A DNA stretch of 64,000 nt from Acidimicrobiia bacterium (GTDB lineage: Bacteria; Actinomycetota; Acidimicrobiia; Spongiisociales; ZC4RG35): assembly GCA_965216445.1 (NCBI GenBank), contig OZ244166.1, forward strand, positions 498,565 to 562,564, written 5' to 3'. Positions 29,592-38,765 of the stretch are shown piece by piece. How positions within the stretch are numbered: the stretch's first letter is position 1; each line of letters starts with the position of its first letter. Position numbers and translations under genes: made by a program. The notes under the pieces are model-generated. The model was not told where the DNA came from and made no database searches. It worked only from the letters and a program-made list of their open reading frames with translations.

Positions 29592-31292
29592 GTGTTGGGT
29601 GACGTTTCGCTCGAGGGTCTGAGATGGGGTACGGGACCCCTCAGCTTCAGGGACCCGGCTGATGTCTTCGCTGCGACCGATCTGGCGGACGTCGAACCCG
29701 CACTTCGGGCCGCTCAGGAGTCAGCCATTGGAGGGAACTGGGTCGTCGGGTATGTCAGCTACGACGCGGCCCCGGGATTGGACCCCGGGCTCCGCACGCC
29801 AGGCTCAACCAATCTGCCCCTGGTTTGGTTCGCGGCCTATCCGTCTCCGGCGGAGCGGCAGACGTCATATCGACCAACGAGCGTTGGCCAATGGACTCCA
29901 ACCATGAACCGTGATGAGCACGGATCAGCTGTAGAAGCGATCCGGGAAGCAATCAGGGCCGGAGATACTTATCAGACGAACCTGACGTTTGGCATGGATG
30001 CGAGGCTTGATGGGAACGGAGTAGATCTCTTTCGTCGGATGGTTCGCTCCCAGCGGAACAGCTTTGGGGCAGTCATCGATCTCGGTGCCGAACAGATTGT
30101 GAGCCTGTCACCGGAGTTGTTCTTGAGAGGTCATGGTCGCAAGGTTGCGACCAGGCCCATGAAGGGAACGGCACCCCGAGGTCGATCATCGGCCGAGGAC
30201 AATCTTCGGCGCGACCAGCTCGTGGCGTCAGAAAAGGAACGAGCCGGGAACATCATGATCGTTGACCTGTTGAGAAATGACCTCGGTCGGGTATCGGTGA
30301 CCGGCTCGGTACAGGCCCCTTCCTTGTTCAACCCCGAACGCTATCCAACCGTCTGGCAGTTGACTTCGACTGTTGAGAGTGAACTGCGACCCGACGTCGA
30401 CCTGGTTCAACTGTTTCGGGCCACCTTCCCGTCCGGTTCGGTTACCGGAGCGCCGAAGCGGTCAACCATGAGCATCATTGCTGACCTCGAATCCACTCCG
30501 CGCGGGGTGTACAGCGGCGCGATTGGTTATATCGCCCCAGGCGGATCCGATTATGAGTTCTCAGTTGCTATTCGCACTGGCGTGGTCAGTGACGGAACAA
30601 TCCGTTACCACGTCGGCGGTGGGATCACTTCGGACTCCATCGCAGGATCCGAATACGAAGAGTGCCTGTGGAAGGCGCTCGCTGTGACAGCTGAAAATGC
30701 GGTTCCGGACCTCTTGGAGACGATGCTTTACGAACCGAATTCCGGAATCGAGCTGCTTCCACTTCACCTTGCTCGTCTGGCAGCCTCTGCGGCGTACTGG
30801 GAGATTCCCCTGAACCTCGAGGCCGTTGGTGAGGCGTTGTCGGGCATCGAAGGTGCCCATCGTCAGAAGGTGCGTCTGGTTCTCGACTCGGCTGGGGGAG
30901 TGGCGGTCGAATCGCATAACCTCGAGATTCCAACCCAACCGGTCGAGTTGGGCCTAGCTGCAGTCAGGACAGATCCGTCAGAAAACCTGTGGTATCACAA
31001 GACTGTCGACCGGAGCCATTATCCGAGTAATGAGAACCGTGAGGTTGTATTGGTGAACCTCGACGGAGATGTCACCGAGACGACCATCTCGAACTTGATG
31101 GTTCGACTGGGCGATGATTGGTTCACTCCGCCCGTTTCGTCGGGTTGTCTCCCCGGGATTTTTCGGCAGAAAATGATCAACGACGGACTGGTCGCCGAGC
31201 GCACGGTGAGCCTCGATGAGTTTCGTTCGGCCGACGAGATCGCAGTGACCAATGCTGTCCGTGGTTGGCGTAAGGCCGTCCTCGTTGACTGA
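29592..31292 (+). CDS. pabB: Bifunctional aminodeoxychorismate synthase component I / class IV aminotransferase (PabB-PabC fusion)
   Basis: GDTYQTNLT, SPELF, RPMKGT, MIVDLLRNDLGR, FPSGSVTGAPK, followed by LLETM...HLARL...GCLPGIFR. Start GTG 29592 lies 7 nt after TATCGT. Confidence 0.88.
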   Translation: MLGDVSLEGLRWGTGPLSFRDPADVFAATDLADVEPALRAAQESAIGGNWVVGYVSYDAAPGLDPGLRTPGSTNLPLVWFAAYPSPAERQTSYRPTSVGQWTPTMNRDEHGSAVEAIREAIRAGDTYQTNLTFGMDARLDGNGVDLFRRMVRSQRNSFGAVIDLGAEQIVSLSPELFLRGHGRKVATRPMKGTAPRGRSSAEDNLRRDQLVASEKERAGNIMIVDLLRNDLGRVSVTGSVQAPSLFNPERYPTVWQLTSTVESELRPDVDLVQLFRATFPSGSVTGAPKRSTMSIIADLESTPRGVYSGAIGYIAPGGSDYEFSVAIRTGVVSDGTIRYHVGGGITSDSIAGSEYEECLWKALAVTAENAVPDLLETMLYEPNSGIELLPLHLARLAASAAYWEIPLNLEAVGEALSGIEGAHRQKVRLVLDSAGGVAVESHNLEIPTQPVELGLAAVRTDPSENLWYHKTVDRSHYPSNENREVVLVNLDGDVTETTISNLMVRLGDDWFTPPVSSGCLPGIFRQKMINDGLVAERTVSLDEFRSADEIAVTNAVRGWRKAVLVD

Positions 31293-31357
31293 AACGCTTC
31301 CGTTGACGGCCTCGGTTATCTTGGGGCCGACTGCTTCAGAAACTAGGAGACCAGGCC

Positions 31358-32083
31358 ATGCCCACCCCACATATCAGCGCAGAAAAAGGCGAGTTCGCAC
31401 CTTCGATTCTCCTCCCCGGTGATCCGCTGCGGGCCAAACACATCGCTGACAATTTCCTTGACGATGCGACGCAGGTGAATGCGGTTCGAAACATGTTCGG
31501 ATACACCGGCTCGTATGACGGTGTTCCGGTCTCGGTGATGGGCACCGGTATGGGCATCCCCTCGGCGTCGATCTATGCAACGGAGTTGGTCACCGAATAC
31601 GACGTGGAACGTTTGATCCGTGTCGGTTCTTGTGGCGCGGTGACCACCAAGGTTGACGTACGCGACGTCATCCTGGCGATTGGCGCCTGCACCGACTCCG
31701 GTGTCAATCGGGTGCGCTACGGCGACTACGACTTCGCCGCGACTGCGGACTACTGGCTCCTGAAAGCCGCTGACCAGGCTGCCAAAGCCAAGGGGATCGA
31801 TGTCAAGGTGGGCAATGTGCACTCCGCCGACTTGTTCTATAACCCCGATGCCGAGGCATTCGATCGAATGGAGAACATGGGCGTGCTTGCGGTCGAAATG
31901 GAAGCGGCAGGTTTGTACGGAGTTGCTGCAGAGAAGGGGGCAAGAGCCCTGACCATTTGCACAGTGTCTGACCACATCAGGACCGGCGAGGCGACCTCCT
32001 CAGACGAACGCCAAGAAACCTTCAACGAGATGGTTGAAATCGCCCTCGATGCCATCAGAATCGACGTCAACTCGCCTTCCTAA
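31358..32083 (+). CDS. deoD: Purine-nucleoside phosphorylase DeoD
   Basis: [36 protein letters not shown]. Confidence 0.96.
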   Translation: MPTPHISAEKGEFAPSILLPGDPLRAKHIADNFLDDATQVNAVRNMFGYTGSYDGVPVSVMGTGMGIPSASIYATELVTEYDVERLIRVGSCGAVTTKVDVRDVILAIGACTDSGVNRVRYGDYDFAATADYWLLKAADQAAKAKGIDVKVGNVHSADLFYNPDAEAFDRMENMGVLAVEMEAAGLYGVAAEKGARALTICTVSDHIRTGEATSSDERQETFNEMVEIALDAIRIDVNSPS

Positions 32084-32123
32084 GGATCAGCCGGCCAGAT
32101 ATGGCCGTTTTTGTGCTCAGAAC
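32076..32123 (+). repeat. 48-bp dyad repeat, copy 5
   Basis: CTTCC-TAAGGATCAGC-CGGCCAGATATGGCCG-TTTTTGTGCTC-AGAAC; contains the deoD TAA stop. Confidence 0.85.
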
Positions 32124-32203
32124 GTCATCAAACCCATCTTTTGATGGATGGCGTGGCGTGGCGATCGTCCGTACATTCGCAGCTCACCGAATAGGAGAGT
32201 TCA

Positions 32204-32512
32204 ATGGGCGAATTGGCGTTGGTTGTGAAGTCGACCGCACAGGATGGAAAACGGGAGCAGATCTTCAACCTCTACAAGGAGTTGCTGGCGCCTCGCGCCG
32301 CAGAGAACACCGATCAGGAAGTGGTGGTTTGGTGCGCCGACCAACACGATCCCAACGTGTTCTATCTCTTCGAGATCTATTCGAACGGAGAGGCAATGGG
32401 TGCAAATGCTTCCGCACCCTGGTTCGCCGAATACATGGGGACTGTAGGCCCGCTTCTTGCGGGTGAGCCCGAAGTTGGCATGGCAACGCCGATGTGGTCG
32501 AAAGGCGTCTGA
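32204..32512 (+). CDS. Antibiotic-biosynthesis-monooxygenase (ABM) fold protein
   Basis: About 100 aa; DPNVFYLFEIY, APWFAEYM. Confidence 0.75.
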   Translation: MGELALVVKSTAQDGKREQIFNLYKELLAPRAAENTDQEVVVWCADQHDPNVFYLFEIYSNGEAMGANASAPWFAEYMGTVGPLLAGEPEVGMATPMWSKGV

Positions 32513-32878
32513 CTAAAGACGGCCGTACCAAGCCGCCGCAACCTCGCCGCGGGATGACAGGTCGGTCTTCTTCAGGATCGAATGAACATGATCCTTCACA
32601 GTTGCCTCTGAGATGAAGAGAGTGTCAGCGATCTGTCGATTCTTGAACCCGGCGGCAACCAACGTGGCAACCTCCTTCTCCCGATCGGTGAGAACGTCGA
32701 ATCTCCGGTCGGGTCGAGGGGTGACATAGACAGTGGTTTCTTCGGTAGTGCGGTCGATGGCCAGGTCGACGTCGCTGTCCGCAAGTTCGACCAAATGGTC
32801 GGCGGGGAGAACGGTTGGGTTCTTCCGCACCGCCTCGAGAAGACGGTTGATTCGTTCACGTAGTTTCGGATCGACCAT
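32513..32878 (-). CDS. Small LuxR-type HTH regulator
   Basis: LTDREKEVATLVAAGFKNRQIADTLFISEATVKDHVHSILKK. Confidence 0.9.
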   Translation of the reverse strand: MVDPKLRERINRLLEAVRKNPTVLPADHLVELADSDVDLAIDRTTEETTVYVTPRPDRRFDVLTDREKEVATLVAAGFKNRQIADTLFISEATVKDHVHSILKKTDLSSRGEVAAAWYGRL

Positions 32879-32907
32879 GGACGACTCAACGTAGCATTGG
32901 AGATCAG

Positions 32908-33267
32908 ATGGAAAGTGTGGTCAATGCCTACTTCGCTGCAATGCGAAAGGGCGCTGAAGCTGAGGACGAGATGATGGCTCTCTTTGCGGAGGGAGCCGTG
33001 TACACCGAGCCCTTTCTTGCCCCTGATGTACCAGCCGTGGGCAAGGATCAGATCCGCGACCGTCTCAAAGCGGGCTGGGCGAATCCACTCCCCGATATGG
33101 AGCTCGATGTCCTGGAGGTGGCGGTAGAAGGGGGTAACGCCCGCTCAGTATGGGAGTGCCGCTCGCCGGCACTACCCGGTCCGGTTCGCGGTGAAGACCA
33201 CTACGAGATTGAAGATGGTCGGATAGTGCGACTTGAAGTCCGCTTTTCTGCGCAGCCCAGCGACTAG
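32908..33267 (+). CDS. SnoaL/NTF2-like protein
   Basis: VNAYFAAM, LFAEGAVYTEP, GEDHYEIEDGRI. Confidence 0.85.
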   Translation: MESVVNAYFAAMRKGAEAEDEMMALFAEGAVYTEPFLAPDVPAVGKDQIRDRLKAGWANPLPDMELDVLEVAVEGGNARSVWECRSPALPGPVRGEDHYEIEDGRIVRLEVRFSAQPSD

Positions 33268-33296
33268 ATGTGAGCTCACGAGCATTAGGATCTGGC

Positions 33297-33734
33297 TTAA
33301 CCCCCGCCCTCCAGCAGTTCTTTGAGTCGGTCGTAGTCGGCGTCGACTGATCGTTGCGCTTTGCCGGCCATGAGGGGCTCGAGGAGCCTCATGAATCCTT
33401 CGGGGCCGCCACCGATCTCGGCGTTGACCGTGCAGGAGTTGGGTCCCGTCGATTCAACCCAACGGTGAACATTGATGGGGAACGTCGACGCGATGGTCTC
33501 GATCCTGATCGATTCGCCGGGTTTGAACTCTGTGACCTTGAACACCGACTTGACGTCTCGCCCCATGAACCTCGCGTGTTGTTCGTAGCTGGACCCAACC
33601 GCAATCGGGGGATCTGTGAGCCATTGGCAAGACACCATCCCGTCTTGCCACTTCGGATTATTCGCCGCGTCAGCGAAGAATTCGAAGACCTGATGAGCAG
33701 GTTGCGCAATATCGCGTGTTGCCGCCAGCCGCAT
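33297..33734 (-). CDS. SRPBCC family protein
   Basis: VFEFFADAANNPKW, C-terminal DYDRLKELLE helix. Confidence 0.85.
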   Translation of the reverse strand: MRLAATRDIAQPAHQVFEFFADAANNPKWQDGMVSCQWLTDPPIAVGSSYEQHARFMGRDVKSVFKVTEFKPGESIRIETIASTFPINVHRWVESTGPNSCTVNAEIGGGPEGFMRLLEPLMAGKAQRSVDADYDRLKELLEGGG

Positions 33735-33763
33735 GTTCGGAGGCTAGCGATCAGATGCTTGGG

Positions 33764-35695
33764 TTAGTCGTTTGTGTCCAACACATAAGCAATCGATATC
33801 CCACCTTCGTAGAACACTGGGCTGGATGGGCACTGGAAGTCTTCAGTGATGGTCCCCTTAACCATGAAGTCGGGCTGTTGGGAAACGATTACCTTCCCAT
33901 CCTCCTCGTACCAGACTTCCCCATTCCGAGGGACGACCTCAATGTCGACCAGGCCGACCCGACTGAGGTAGTAGTCGTTTTCATTCACTTCTGCGGCAAT
34001 GATCGAGGAGACCACAAACGCTTCGACCACTTCGCGAGAAGTTCCGCTGACGTGCGGCAACGCATCGGCACCTTCCATCCCGGTCGCGACGACTACGTCA
34101 GCCGCTGGGCAAGCCGTCCGATAGCGCAGCCACCCGTTCTCGTCTGTGTAGACCGCGAAATCAGGATTGAAATCAAGGGAAGGGTTCATCAACTCGCCGC
34201 ACTCACCATCAGGGGCGGTTCTCATGCCCACTGTCTCCCAAGGGTTCAGCTCGGTTCCGGCCGCCGGTTCCTGCGCACAAACCACATATGACGAAACTGA
34301 CGAGTCGAAGAACGATGGTTCGTACAGAGAATCGTGGAGAACGTTCCGGGCCCGTTCGACTGTCATGCCCACGACGTCGGGCACAACAACCGAGTTCGGG
34401 TCGCGACCGTCGTCGTTGTAGTAGATGTAGGTGAGGCTGGCACCCTCGAAAATGGCGGTGACCTCCCAGCAACCTTTGATGTCTGGATCGATCCCACCGA
34501 TCATGAACACACCGTCTTCGGACGTACTTCCGTTAGTGGCGGGATCTCCGTTGGATAGAACCATCTCACGAGTTGAGTTGAGCAAGATCCAGCGAACCGT
34601 CAGGTCGGGTTGTGGGTTGAGCCCCGGGTCCCTGTAGTTGACACTCCACCACAAGCTCTTCCGTGGTAGGTAGCTGCCGTCCGCGGAGAGCACGGTCCAA
34701 AGCTCATCTTTCCCAAACCAGAGCTGACCGGGATCAGACCTCTCGGCCCGCCAAGGATCGGGCGGGCTAAAGGATTGTGCAGGCACTGTGACGGGGCACT
34801 GTTCCCGGCCGAGGTCGATCACTTGGTCGAATTCGATTGCCGTCAGCCCGGCCACGTCGTAGGAGACCGAGTCACCAGTCACTCGGTCCCTCTCGACCAG
34901 CGTGATGTCGATTTCGGACTTCCCGATACCTACGTAATCGATTTCGGCGGTCTGCCTGAGGAGAGTGGTGTCGTCGTCGGCGACGTAGACATCGATTGAT
35001 TGGGTGGCTGTTTCAGATTCTTGAAACAGCGAATAGCGTAGAGCATTGATGCCGTTCCACACGGTGACTTCGGGTTCAGTGTCTCGGAAGGTTTCGCCGA
35101 AAGTCTCATCGGGGGGCGCAAGGAAGAACAACGGGATGACCGACCCGTATCTCGGCTCCGTGAAACCTGTCAGCAGAATCAACTCATCTGATCCGGTGCC
35201 TTCGCATCGGACAATGCGGAACTGGGTATTGTCGGGGTAGCTAGCGGGATCGTTGACCCAGCTTCGAACCGGTCGCCACGGGTCGCCCTCGATGATCGTC
35301 CGTTCCGTCGATCCATCGGGAAAAGTCGCCACCATCAATGTCAAGGCGTCCCGGTTTGGGCCCCAGATCTCGATCGTTGCATCGTCGAACCCACCGTTGT
35401 CCACGATCGTCCCGCCTTCACACACCGGGTTCGCTGTCGCCGAGTACTCCAGTTTGACGTAATCGATCAGGCCTTCGTCCGGAGCGGCCAGGTCGGAACC
35501 TCCCTCGCGTGTGAGGCCGAGCGCACCCACCACCACCATCACCAGCAGCGATACGCCGACAGCGACCATCCACGGTTTGAAGGTCAGCGAAGTCGTGGGC
35601 GTAGCCTGATGCAACTCCAGATCAGAGAAGGTCGGAGCCTCCGGCGTTTCGGAGGTCAGCCGGCGGAACACTTCCTTGAAGCGCTCCTCACTCAT
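33764..35695 (-). CDS. Putative membrane anti-sigma factor with a large extracytoplasmic region including a PASTA domain
   Basis: Short N-terminal helix, one TM, VVVPDVVGMTVERARNVL...AQEPAAGT; ATGA overlap with the ECF sigma gene. Confidence 0.65.
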   Translation of the reverse strand: MSEERFKEVFRRLTSETPEAPTFSDLELHQATPTTSLTFKPWMVAVGVSLLVMVVVGALGLTREGGSDLAAPDEGLIDYVKLEYSATANPVCEGGTIVDNGGFDDATIEIWGPNRDALTLMVATFPDGSTERTIIEGDPWRPVRSWVNDPASYPDNTQFRIVRCEGTGSDELILLTGFTEPRYGSVIPLFFLAPPDETFGETFRDTEPEVTVWNGINALRYSLFQESETATQSIDVYVADDDTTLLRQTAEIDYVGIGKSEIDITLVERDRVTGDSVSYDVAGLTAIEFDQVIDLGREQCPVTVPAQSFSPPDPWRAERSDPGQLWFGKDELWTVLSADGSYLPRKSLWWSVNYRDPGLNPQPDLTVRWILLNSTREMVLSNGDPATNGSTSEDGVFMIGGIDPDIKGCWEVTAIFEGASLTYIYYNDDGRDPNSVVVPDVVGMTVERARNVLHDSLYEPSFFDSSVSSYVVCAQEPAAGTELNPWETVGMRTAPDGECGELMNPSLDFNPDFAVYTDENGWLRYRTACPAADVVVATGMEGADALPHVSGTSREVVEAFVVSSIIAAEVNENDYYLSRVGLVDIEVVPRNGEVWYEEDGKVIVSQQPDFMVKGTITEDFQCPSSPVFYEGGISIAYVLDTND

Positions 35696-36159
35696 GTGCC
35701 GTCACCGCCAAGGGCCTCCTCCAACTTCCTTCTGGCGAGGTAGAGGTAGCGACGTACGGTGCCGGCGCGAACCCCCATCAGCTCGGCAGCCTCCGAAGGC
35801 GTGTATTCGAGAAAGAAGACCAGAAAGGCTGCCGCCCGCTGTTGTGTGGGCAGTTCCATGACGAGGGCATCGAGGTTTCCGACCTCGAGTTCGGGAACAC
35901 CTACATCGGGCACCCGGGCCATCGGATAAGTTTGACGACGGGCACGCTGTCGTTTGAATCCCATCGATTCGTTGAGCACAGCCTTCATCAAGTAGGGCCG
36001 TGGATTCTCGAGCCCCACCAGACCACCCGACCGATTGAGTGCGCGGGTGACGACAGTCGAAACAATGTCGTGTGCGTTGTCTGGTCCTACTAGGGCTGTG
36101 GCGTATCTCATGAGTTCAGGAGCGATCTCCTCGTACACCTCCCGATCGTTCACACCCAT
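35692..36159 (-). CDS. ECF RNA polymerase sigma factor
   Basis: LMRYATALVG, AHDIVS, PYLMKAVLN, LPTQQRAA, EAAELMGVRAGTVRRYLYLARRKL. Confidence 0.9.
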   Translation of the reverse strand: MGVNDREVYEEIAPELMRYATALVGPDNAHDIVSTVVTRALNRSGGLVGLENPRPYLMKAVLNESMGFKRQRARRQTYPMARVPDVGVPELEVGNLDALVMELPTQQRAAAFLVFFLEYTPSEAAELMGVRAGTVRRYLYLARRKLEEALGGDGT

Positions 36160-36188
36160 ATCACGCTCCACAACCCCTCAGCGTTGCA

Positions 36189-36497
36189 TCAGATTCCCTC
36201 CACCAGGTACTGAATCCTGGTTACAGAACCTTTCACGGCTTGGATCTGGTTCCCGATCAGTTCGAGATGAGCGGGATGATCGAGATACGAACGCCAATCC
36301 GATTCCGACTCAAAGTCGGCAACCAAACCCAGATCGGGGTTGGAGTCACCAAGGCCTAGATCAAGGCCAACCTCGTAACGGAGAATTCCCGGCACCCTAT
36401 CCGGCATGGTCCGCAAGCCGGCCACGGCGGCTTCGATCTGCTCAGTTTTCGCGGTTTCGTTGAAGTTCATCAACATGATGTGTCGGAAAGTGCTCAT
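36189..36497 (-). CDS. Dabb family (stress-responsive A/B barrel) protein
   Basis: FRHIMLMNF, LVADFES, YLDHPAH. Confidence 0.88.
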   Translation of the reverse strand: MSTFRHIMLMNFNETAKTEQIEAAVAGLRTMPDRVPGILRYEVGLDLGLGDSNPDLGLVADFESESDWRSYLDHPAHLELIGNQIQAVKGSVTRIQYLVEGI

Positions 36498-37435
36498 GGT
36501 GCGGAGTCAACCACGCCCTGGCTGGGGAGTTGGCGTCTTCTACCCAGGCTGGTCTGGGCGAGGAGAATTCCGACCGACACCAGGAGTATGCCGGCCGCTT
36601 CCGGGAGTCCGATTGCTTCTCCGAGAAACACCCAAGCGAAGACTGCAATCTGAATCAGCATCGTGTTGTTGATTGCGGCAGACTCGAGCGCGGTCAGATG
36701 TTGGAGCGACCGGTTCCACAGTGTGAACGCCCATGCGGTGTTCACAACCGCAAGCCAAATGATGATCAGCCAGGCTGGGGAGGATATGTTTGGCGTGCCT
36801 TCGAACGCGAGCCCTGTGCCAATGAGGAATATGGCTCCTACCGCCATGCTCATTGCAGTCACAACGAGTGGAGATGTCGATTTCTGACGGTTCACGTTTC
36901 GTCCGAGTAGCGCACCCACGACGTTTGCTCCGAGTCCGATCAACGCTGCTGTCATTCCGGCCGCTGTCGCCCCAAGGTCGCCGGCGAAATAGAGCCAAGC
37001 TCCGGCGACGACGAGAACTGTGCCGACTAGTTGTGTTGTCGATGATTTCTCCTTGAGAGACCAACCCCCGAGAAGCGCTACGAAGAGCGGGGTCATCGAC
37101 AGAACGAGACTCGTCGTGGCCGCGGGCTGGTTGTCGATGGCGATGAACTGGGCACCCTGGGTGACCGCGTAGAAGACGATTCCAAGAAGGACGATCTGGG
37201 CAACATCTCCGGTTTTTAGCGATCTAGCGCTTGCCCTCGACTCGGTCCCGGCGATCACCCAACCGATCAGGATCAGCGCAGCAAGCCCGTAGCGCAAGGC
37301 GGCAAAGGTCAGTGGTTCGAGGTGCTCATCGTCGAGTCCGATCCGGATCAGGACCCATGACGAACTCCACAAGAAGGTGACGAATAGTGCTTGCAGCACC
37401 GCTCGTGAGTGGTCTCGGCTGGTAGGTGTGGACAT
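36494..37435 (-). CDS. EamA/DMT family transporter
   Basis: ALFVTFLWSSSW, PLTFAALRY, VNTAWAFTLWN, AWVFLGE. Start at ATG 37435 after AAGGAGG. Confidence 0.9.
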   Translation of the reverse strand: MSTPTSRDHSRAVLQALFVTFLWSSSWVLIRIGLDDEHLEPLTFAALRYGLAALILIGWVIAGTESRASARSLKTGDVAQIVLLGIVFYAVTQGAQFIAIDNQPAATTSLVLSMTPLFVALLGGWSLKEKSSTTQLVGTVLVVAGAWLYFAGDLGATAAGMTAALIGLGANVVGALLGRNVNRQKSTSPLVVTAMSMAVGAIFLIGTGLAFEGTPNISSPAWLIIIWLAVVNTAWAFTLWNRSLQHLTALESAAINNTMLIQIAVFAWVFLGEAIGLPEAAGILLVSVGILLAQTSLGRRRQLPSQGVVDSAP

Positions 37436-37466
37436 GTGGCCTCCTTGTCGGCACGCGTTTGACCGT

Positions 37467-37586
37467 GCCGACCTATCCCCTCGAGGCTTTTGTCCAGTGA
37501 GGTGCGAGCCCTTTTGGGCCTTCTGTGGCGCTCGGACCTGACCCCCGCACCAGCGGGGCGGAACCCTAGCCACCCTTCAGTCGACT
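37467..37586 (-). ncRNA. ykkC-family riboswitch, subtype-2-like variant
   Basis: Minus strand GTGGCTAGGGTTCCG-[CCCCGC TGGT GCGGGG]-GTCAGGTCCGAGCGCCACAG-[GGCCC AAAA GGGCT]-CGCACCTCACTGGACAAAAGCCTCGAGGGGATAGG. Confidence 0.8.
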
Positions 37587-37686
37587 CCAGCAGCGTAGCG
37601 ATCGGGATCTGCCTTTTCTGGAAATCGGTGGCCGGGAGCCAAACCGTTGTGTAAGGTACGTAACGTAAATAGCCCGCTACGAGTTC

Positions 37687-38385
37687 ATGATGAGTCTCAC
37701 TTCCTCCAAAGTTGATCGGTCGATCGTTCGCAAGGCACTCGGGGACGGTCTCCCTCTGTTCATTCCGGGAATTCCGTTCGCTTTGGTCATGGGGCTTGCG
37801 ATTACAGAGTCGGGGATCAACTCCTTGATTGGATGGTCGAGCTCCCCGATCATCTTCGGTGGTGCTGCACAGCTAACGCTGATCTCGCTGCTCGGCACCG
37901 GAACAGCTGTTGCGGCATCCGTTGTGGCTGCCCTTGTCGTCAATGCCAGACATCTCATGTATTCAGCTGCGATGGTCCCGATCTTCCAGAGACAGCCACG
38001 ATGGTTCCGCTGGGTGGGGCCGTACTTCTTGCTCGACCAGGTTTTTGCCCTATCGATCCTCCGCAGCGACGACGAACCCCGAGCGTTCCGTACCTACTAC
38101 CTCTCGGTTGGGATCTTCTTCCTAGCTGGCTGGATCTTCTTCACGGGACTGGGGTTGGTCGTCGGTCCGGTGATCCCGGAAGCCTGGAATCTGGGATTTG
38201 CCGTCCCCGTGATGTTTCTTGGTCTGGTCGTCATGTCTATCGACCGCTACCCGAAAGCCGTGGCTGCTTTTGTCGGTGCAGGGACCACCTATGTCTTTGC
38301 CGCTTTGCCCAATCGATCCAGCCTGTTGGTCGGAGCGCTCGTGGGGATCATCGCTGGTGTCATCGCAGAGAGGGTCAATCAATGA
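37687..38385 (+). CDS. azlC: AzlC family branched-chain amino acid permease
   Basis: IFGGAAQL, VNARHLMYS, LLDQVFA, GFAVPVMFL. Confidence 0.9.
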   Translation: MMSLTSSKVDRSIVRKALGDGLPLFIPGIPFALVMGLAITESGINSLIGWSSSPIIFGGAAQLTLISLLGTGTAVAASVVAALVVNARHLMYSAAMVPIFQRQPRWFRWVGPYFLLDQVFALSILRSDDEPRAFRTYYLSVGIFFLAGWIFFTGLGLVVGPVIPEAWNLGFAVPVMFLGLVVMSIDRYPKAVAAFVGAGTTYVFAALPNRSSLLVGALVGIIAGVIAERVNQ

Positions 38386-38690
38386 CTGCATTCCTTGCGA
38401 TCGTCATTGTCGGCATTGGGACCTACCTGAGCCGTGCGATCTTCATACTTGCTCTTGCGGATCGCACGATTCCTCCCCGCGTAGCCAGCGCGCTGCAATA
38501 TGTCGGCCCCGCAGTCCTATCCGCCTTAGTGGTTGCGCTGATGATCGATGGAGACGGGAACGTCGCCGCCGGGATGCCGGAGATTGGTGGATTGGCTGCT
38601 GCCGGCCTTGTGGCGTGGAAGACACGCAACTTGATCTACACCCTGGTCTTGGGGATGACCGTGTTTTGGCTACTCCAACTCTGGTTCTAG
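38382..38690 (+). CDS. azlD: AzlD domain protein
   Basis: GIGTYLSR, LQYVGPAVLSALV; overlaps the azlC stop. Confidence 0.88.
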   Translation: MTAFLAIVIVGIGTYLSRAIFILALADRTIPPRVASALQYVGPAVLSALVVALMIDGDGNVAAGMPEIGGLAAAGLVAWKTRNLIYTLVLGMTVFWLLQLWF

Positions 38691-38710
38691 AACGCCTTGT
38701 CCACCAATGA

Positions 38711-38737
38711 GGAAGACCCCCGAGTTGGGGGTCTTCC
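38711..38737. terminator. Hairpin between convergent azlD and the NCS2 permease gene
   Basis: GGAAGACCCCC-GAGTT-GGGGGTCTTCC. Confidence 0.7.
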
Positions 38738-38765
38738 ACTTCCTCCGCCCGCTTATCGGCTGATA

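Noticed and set aside
31307-31329. CGGCC...GGCCG hairpin upstream of deoD as another copy of the dyad repeat
   Set aside because: Loop length and flanking box spacing do not fit the 11-16-11 geometry.
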